Source: Bacilli bacterium
GTDB lineage: Bacteria; Bacillota_I; Bacilli_A; RF39; UBA660
DNA length: 64,000 bases
Direction of reading: 5' to 3'
NCBI GenBank assembly: GCA_017625395.1
Contig: JAGALD010000065.1
Span: 6,356-70,355 of the forward strand
Shown piece by piece: positions 59,429-64,000 of the stretch. A program made the translations under genes and the position numbers. The notes beneath the pieces are model-generated. The model saw only the letters and a program-made list of their open reading frames with translations. It was not told the origin of the DNA and did not search any database. How positions within the stretch are numbered: the stretch's first letter is position 1; every line of letters begins with the position of its first letter.

Positions 59429-59646
59429 TATCTTTCCACATTTTTTAATTTTTTAGTATCTTTTTTTGATACATTATTAAACCTTTTCTCATGATATTTC
59501 TTTAATTCTTGTGCTGTTTTAACAATACTTTCTATTATTCTATCTGTACTAGCACACTCATTAAAAAATTTAACATCTTCTAAATAGCATTCACTTTCAA
59601 AATTAATTTTTCTAATAAGTGTTTTTATTTTAGTATCATATTTCAT
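59428..59646 (-). CDS. Hypothetical small protein
   Basis: 72 aa, basic, coupled to its neighbours. Confidence 0.35.
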   Translation of the reverse strand: MKYDTKIKTLIRKINFESECYLEDVKFFNECASTDRIIESIVKTAQELKKYHEKRFNNVSKKDTKKLKNVER

Positions 59647-60326
59647 CGCTCATCCCTCTCTTTATCTTTATTGATATCACTTTTATTCTTTTCATTGTTC
59701 ATAATTTCTTTTAATTTTGGTAATATTTTTTCTTCTATATTTTTATAATTTTCTGAATTGATAACTGATATTTCATTTAGATATTGTAAATGGTTATCAT
59801 CTACTAATTGAGCAAAATAATGATATAAGTATTCTGCTCCACCTACTTTATTCATAATTTCATGAACATCAATTACTTCAAAATTATCAAGATTATATTT
59901 TTTCTTTATATAATCGCAAAAATTATAATTATTAAAATCTTTTAGAGCATCACTCATATCTTTTAATAATTCATAATTTGGATCACTTTTAGCTTGTTCA
60001 TTTAACTTTGAAACATATTTGTCTGCTAACTCTAGTAAACATTCATTCATATTATCTTCTATAACATTATGAATACCATTATCTGCATTTATCCAGTCAT
60101 CATATAAAAACTCTAATGAATTTTCCTTTTCTAATAAAGCAGTAAGTTCATATTTACTATAGTTTTCTGTTCCATAAAACATATCAACAAACTCTTGCAT
60201 TATTGCTATTTTATAGGCATTATCAACTATATTCTTTGGTTCAGTTTTTAAAATATTATCTATAAAGTCACCATATTCTTTGTCTAGTTTTTTATAAACT
60301 TGTGTTGTTAAATCTTGTATCATCAC
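59643..60326 (-). CDS. Hypothetical acidic protein
   Basis: 227 aa, Asp/Glu/Asn-rich, no motif. Confidence 0.4.
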   Translation of the reverse strand: MMIQDLTTQVYKKLDKEYGDFIDNILKTEPKNIVDNAYKIAIMQEFVDMFYGTENYSKYELTALLEKENSLEFLYDDWINADNGIHNVIEDNMNECLLELADKYVSKLNEQAKSDPNYELLKDMSDALKDFNNYNFCDYIKKKYNLDNFEVIDVHEIMNKVGGAEYLYHYFAQLVDDNHLQYLNEISVINSENYKNIEEKILPKLKEIMNNEKNKSDINKDKERDER

Positions 60327-60360
60327 ATTCTCCTTTCAATATTAAAAGACAATACTTTTA

Positions 60361-60714
60361 CTAGCATTGCCTTTTTTCATTTCTTTCTGTATTTAATAGT
60401 CCAATTCTATTAAAAAAATAATATGCTTCTTTATATCCTTTGAAAAACATTAATCTTTTTAACATACCATCTTGTTCAGTTCTATTATCTAATATTTCTA
60501 TTAATGCTTTTATTTCTTCCATAGACAACATACTTTCTTCACGATCATCTACAACTTTTCTTAAATTTGGATACTTATCTAATATTCGTTCTTCTTTATC
60601 ACTTAATTCTCCATACTCTGGTATTTTTTGGTCAAATTCAAAATCAACATGAGCTAAATATTCATAAAAGTGTCCATCATATTTATCATAAAAGCAAGTA
60701 TTGAGATAATTCAT
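60361..60714 (-). CDS. Hypothetical protein, tandem paralog A
   Basis: 117 aa. Shares LDKYPNLR, EEIKALIE and F.GY..AY..F blocks with the adjacent ORF. Confidence 0.4.
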   Translation of the reverse strand: MNYLNTCFYDKYDGHFYEYLAHVDFEFDQKIPEYGELSDKEERILDKYPNLRKVVDDREESMLSMEEIKALIEILDNRTEQDGMLKRLMFFKGYKEAYYFFNRIGLLNTERNEKRQC

Positions 60715-60818
60715 TTCCTATTCCCTCCTTTACGACAAACATTTTAAACTTTTTATAAATATAAAACAAATGTGCAAATATAATTATTTCTAACTATTTG
60801 CACACTTGTATCTGTGAA

Positions 60819-61166
60819 TTAATATTGTAAGATGTCATCAAGACTAATATCTTCTCTTAATAATTCTGCATTTTTAAACACCACATAAGCACATCTAAAC
60901 CCTGCATATATTAATTTTTTATCTTGCATTGTTTCTCTGTTTTCATAACATTGATGGTAATCTATTAATGCTTTTACTTCTTCAACATTTAATGCAACAG
61001 GCTTATTATCTTCACACACTAACCTTACATTCGGATACTTATCTACGATTTTTACACACTCATCTAAATTTCTCATATACTTACGATTATTTTTTTGTAA
61101 ATCATAAGTAATATTGTTTAGTATTGCACTAAATATTTCCCCATACTTTTCTTCTAATTCATCCAT
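60819..61166 (-). CDS. Hypothetical protein, tandem paralog B
   Basis: 115 aa. VDKYPNVR, EEVKALID and AGFRCAYVVF blocks parallel paralog A. Confidence 0.4.
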   Translation of the reverse strand: MDELEEKYGEIFSAILNNITYDLQKNNRKYMRNLDECVKIVDKYPNVRLVCEDNKPVALNVEEVKALIDYHQCYENRETMQDKKLIYAGFRCAYVVFKNAELLREDISLDDILQY

Positions 61167-61227
61167 ACTTTTAACTCCTTTCAGAGTTAAGTATAAGAAA
61201 TATTTTTATTATTTACCAATGTGTAAA

Positions 61228-64000
61228 TTATCTCTCGTAATCATTTTTACAAACTTGACGATCATTCTCTAATTCTTCATCTTCGTCCATTATCTCATAA
61301 GTTTTCTCATCTATTTTTAATAAAGAATTAACTTTATTTAATCTTTTTGTTTTTTCATTTAATTCTTCTTCATGAATAAATGGCTTACCAAACTCACTTT
61401 TAGCTTTCTCCAATTGTGTTTTATGACTTTCTAAAGTATATTCAGCAGAATCTAAATTTTCTTTTAATTCATTCATTGTATTTTCAATTCTAGTAATATT
61501 TCCTATATCACTTTCTCCAAGACTAGTATAATAAGTTCCATTATTTTTTAAATAAAGCATATATGATTTTGAAAGTGGTCTAAATTCAAGTTCCATTTTA
61601 AAACCTTTATATTCTCCAATTTCTACTATATTTTCATCAGTAACTTTTTTACATTCTTCTAATATTTTTTCTCCTGCTTGTTGTTTATCAAAATACTCAA
61701 TACCATTAATAGTCATTGAAGTAAACTTATCTTGACCTGAATCATTTTTTTCCATTAAAACTGCAATATCTTTCTTATAATTTTCTATATTTCTTTCACA
61801 ATTTCTTATTTCATTTGGATAATAATTTTTAATCTTATCTTCCAAATTATATTGTTCACTTAAATAGTTTTGTTTTAATAGTTTTAATTTTGATACATCT
61901 GTATCTAATTCAGTCTTTTCTATTATTAGTGGATTACCTGCAGCCAATGCTTTTATTTCTGCATAAGATAATGCCACTTCATCAATATCTTCCATTACTC
62001 TTACAGGAGTTTTAGATGTCATAACTTGAGAAATAAATCTTTGTTTTTGCTCCACTGTTTGATACAAATATGCATCAAAAGTCTTTTCAGTAACATATCT
62101 ATAAATATAAACATCACTATTTTGATTTCCTTGTCTTACAATTCTTCCACTTCTTTGTGTTAAGTCGCTTGGTCGCCAAGGACAGTCCAAGTCATGTAAT
62201 GCAATTAATTTATCTTGACAATTAGTTCCTGCACCCATTTTAGAAGTTGAACCCATTAATGTTCTTACTTGTCCTTTTCTGACTTTTGAAAATAATTCTT
62301 TTTTTCTTATTTCGGTATTGGCATTATGAATAAACTCTATATCTTCTTCTGGTATTCCTCTTTCAATTAATTTTTTTCTCATATCATCATAGACATTAAA
62401 CTTTCCATCGTTCTTTGGAGTAGATAAATCACAAAAGATTAATTGAGTTAATTTCTTATCTTTATTTTCTTCCCAAATTCTATAAATATTATCAGCACAT
62501 ATCTTAACTTTACTATTTTCATTATCTGGTAATAATTCATTAATTAATCTTTGGTCTAGCGATAACTTTCTTCCATCATTGGTAATTTTAAGCATATTAT
62601 CTTGGTCTGGTTTAACTTCTCTTTTCCTAATTTTTTCAGCTCGTTCTGCAAAAGACTTAACTAAATCTAATTGTATTTGACTTGGTTGAACTACTATATT
62701 TTCATAATGAGCATTAGGTACTGGTAACTTTAGTGTTTCAGATGTTTGAATATCTGCAACTTCTTTGAACATTGTCATCAGTTCTGGTAAATTATAGAAT
62801 CGTGCAAATCTAGTTTTAGAACGATAACCAGTTCCTTCTGGTGCTAGTTCCATTGCAGTAACTGTTTCCCCAAAAGTTGAAGCCCAAGCATCAAAATGTT
62901 GTAATTTTTGTTTTATTAACTCATCATATTGTAAATATCTTTGCATTGTATATAACTCTGCCATTGTATTACTAACAGGTGTTCCAGTCGCAAATATGAC
63001 ACCCTTATTTCCAGTTAATTCATCTAAATATCTACATTTCATATATAAATCAGAACTTTTTTGTGCCTCAGTTTGAGCAATACCACCTACATTTCGCATT
63101 TTGGTGTAAAGATACAAGTTCTTATAATAATGTGCTTCATCAACAAATAATCTATCTACACCTAATTCTTCAAAAGTAACAACATCATCTTTTTTATCTC
63201 TGTTATTTAACTTTTCTAATTTCTTTTCAATAGATTTTTGTGATTTTATAAGAGCTTTAATAGAAAATCTTTCGCCATTATGTTTTTTTAAATCTTCTAT
63301 TCCTCTAGTAATATCATTAAGTTGTTCTTTTAATATCTTTACTTGTCTATCATAAGACATTGGTATTTTTTCAAATTGTGAATGTCCTATAATAATTGCA
63401 TCATAATCTCCTGTAGCTATTTTAGAACAAAATTTCTTACGATTTGATGATTCAAAATCTTTCTTTGTAGATACAAGTATATTTGCACTAGGATATAATT
63501 GTAAGAACTCACTAGCAAATTGTTCTATTATATGGTTAGGTACTACAAATAAACTTTTATTACATAGCCCTAATCTTTTACTTTCCATTGCAGCTGCAAC
63601 CATTGTAAAAGTTTTACCTGCACCAACTTCATGTGCTAGTAAGGTGTTTCCACCATAAAGAATTCTTGCTACTGCATTTGCTTGATGTTCTCTTAATTTT
63701 ATTTCTGGATTAATTCCATCAAATGTAATATGTGATCCATCATATTGTCTAGTTCTAATCGCATTAAACTTATCATTATAAATTGTAGTTAAACGACTTC
63801 TTCTATCTATATCTTGCCATACCCAATTATTAAATGCATTCTTAATTGTATCTTGTTTAGCTTGAGCAATTGCTGTTTCTTGTCTATTTAATACTGCCTT
63901 TTTCTTACCCTCATCATCTATAACATAATCAAATATTTTTGTATCTCGTAAATTAAGTGCATCTTCCAATAAGCGATATGCATTTGCTCTTTTAGTACCA
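61228..64000 (-). CDS. SNF2-family helicase domain protein, probably the C-terminal part of a larger ICE methylase/helicase; N-terminus beyond the window
   Basis: DEAD-like motif I LLAHEVGAGKTFTMVAAAME, motif II RLFVDEAHYYKN, helicase-C motif VI LTQRSGRIVRQGN, and a long coiled-coil C-terminal tail. The open frame reaches the window end. Confidence 0.8.
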   Translation of the reverse strand, partial: GTKRANAYRLLEDALNLRDTKIFDYVIDDEGKKKAVLNRQETAIAQAKQDTIKNAFNNWVWQDIDRRSRLTTIYNDKFNAIRTRQYDGSHITFDGINPEIKLREHQANAVARILYGGNTLLAHEVGAGKTFTMVAAAMESKRLGLCNKSLFVVPNHIIEQFASEFLQLYPSANILVSTKKDFESSNRKKFCSKIATGDYDAIIIGHSQFEKIPMSYDRQVKILKEQLNDITRGIEDLKKHNGERFSIKALIKSQKSIEKKLEKLNNRDKKDDVVTFEELGVDRLFVDEAHYYKNLYLYTKMRNVGGIAQTEAQKSSDLYMKCRYLDELTGNKGVIFATGTPVSNTMAELYTMQRYLQYDELIKQKLQHFDAWASTFGETVTAMELAPEGTGYRSKTRFARFYNLPELMTMFKEVADIQTSETLKLPVPNAHYENIVVQPSQIQLDLVKSFAERAEKIRKREVKPDQDNMLKITNDGRKLSLDQRLINELLPDNENSKVKICADNIYRIWEENKDKKLTQLIFCDLSTPKNDGKFNVYDDMRKKLIERGIPEEDIEFIHNANTEIRKKELFSKVRKGQVRTLMGSTSKMGAGTNCQDKLIALHDLDCPWRPSDLTQRSGRIVRQGNQNSDVYIYRYVTEKTFDAYLYQTVEQKQRFISQVMTSKTPVRVMEDIDEVALSYAEIKALAAGNPLIIEKTELDTDVSKLKLLKQNYLSEQYNLEDKIKNYYPNEIRNCERNIENYKKDIAVLMEKNDSGQDKFTSMTINGIEYFDKQQAGEKILEECKKVTDENIVEIGEYKGFKMELEFRPLSKSYMLYLKNNGTYYTSLGESDIGNITRIENTMNELKENLDSAEYTLESHKTQLEKAKSEFGKPFIHEEELNEKTKRLNKVNSLLKIDEKTYEIMDEDEELENDRQVCKNDYER

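Larger units (their letters stand above)
23662..64000. mobile_element. Integrative and conjugative element (serine-recombinase type, Tn5397/CTn-like), left end at about 23700 and right end beyond the window
   Basis: Continuous block carrying large serine recombinases, a TA module, T4SS genes (VirB4, VirD4-type T4CP, VirB6-like, PrgI-like, CHAP hydrolase), a MobP relaxase, MobC, a Toprim primase, a SNF2 helicase and cargo. It begins exactly where the yabG frame breaks. Confidence 0.75.

Noticed and set aside
1-64000. CRISPR arrays, tRNA or rRNA genes
   Set aside because: No regularly spaced direct repeats of 25-40 bp were seen. No cloverleaf-compatible GC-rich 75-nt segments or rRNA-like conserved blocks were seen either. 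All GC-richer stretches fall inside protein-coding genes, apart from the 28.1-kb island.

Overview
This window comes from a low-GC (roughly 27-30% GC), endospore-forming Firmicute, and its right two-thirds is a large serine-recombinase ICE inserted in the sporulation gene yabG.

Left ~23.7 kb: conserved core genes, all but three on the minus strand (PBP1, a coiled-coil protein and LemA are on the plus strand). In order along the window: rpmE, an SGNH hydrolase, murA, fba, a DUF204 (MntP/YtaF) protein, spoIIR, prmC, prfA, rpoE (delta), argS with its DUF1934 partner, a class A PBP, an orphan PduL, a coiled-coil protein plus LemA, ung, an AGCS symporter, rlmH, an MBL hydrolase, an M23/LysM peptidase, dnaB, rplI, a DHH phosphoesterase, yabQ, yabP, spoVG, veg and the 3' part of yabG.

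At about position 23700 the yabG reading frame is broken. The YabG-like translation stays open for 13 codons upstream of the annotated TTG start, then hits a stop. From that point to beyond the window end (>40 kb) every gene is mobile-element-like.

Element contents, left to right:
- Two tandem paralogous large serine recombinases sit next to the junction.
- A MazF-type toxin module.
- A sigma-70 region-4 protein, then an ECF sigma/anti-sigma pair with a secreted metzincin.
- A SanA/DUF218 gene and a Bce-like histidine kinase, response regulator and FtsX-permease/ABC-ATPase module.
- A Gram-positive conjugation module: CHAP-type wall hydrolase, VirB4, PrgI/TcpE-like, VirB6-like, VirB2-like, VirD4-type coupling protein, an ArdC-N-like protein, a DUF3801-like protein, a MobP-type relaxase and MobC.
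- A surface module: a tasA-like camelysin, sipW, a Listeria-Bacteroides-repeat protein with a SipW-cognate-type signal, a lipoprotein and a secreted caspase-like protein.
- HU, a DUF3991/Toprim primase-like gene, paralogous small genes, and a SNF2 helicase cut by the window edge.

The most interesting call is an ICE acting as a sporulation-gene intervening element in yabG, analogous to skin in sigK. No rRNA, tRNA or CRISPR was seen. One GC-rich non-coding island (about 28040-28300) may be a structured RNA.
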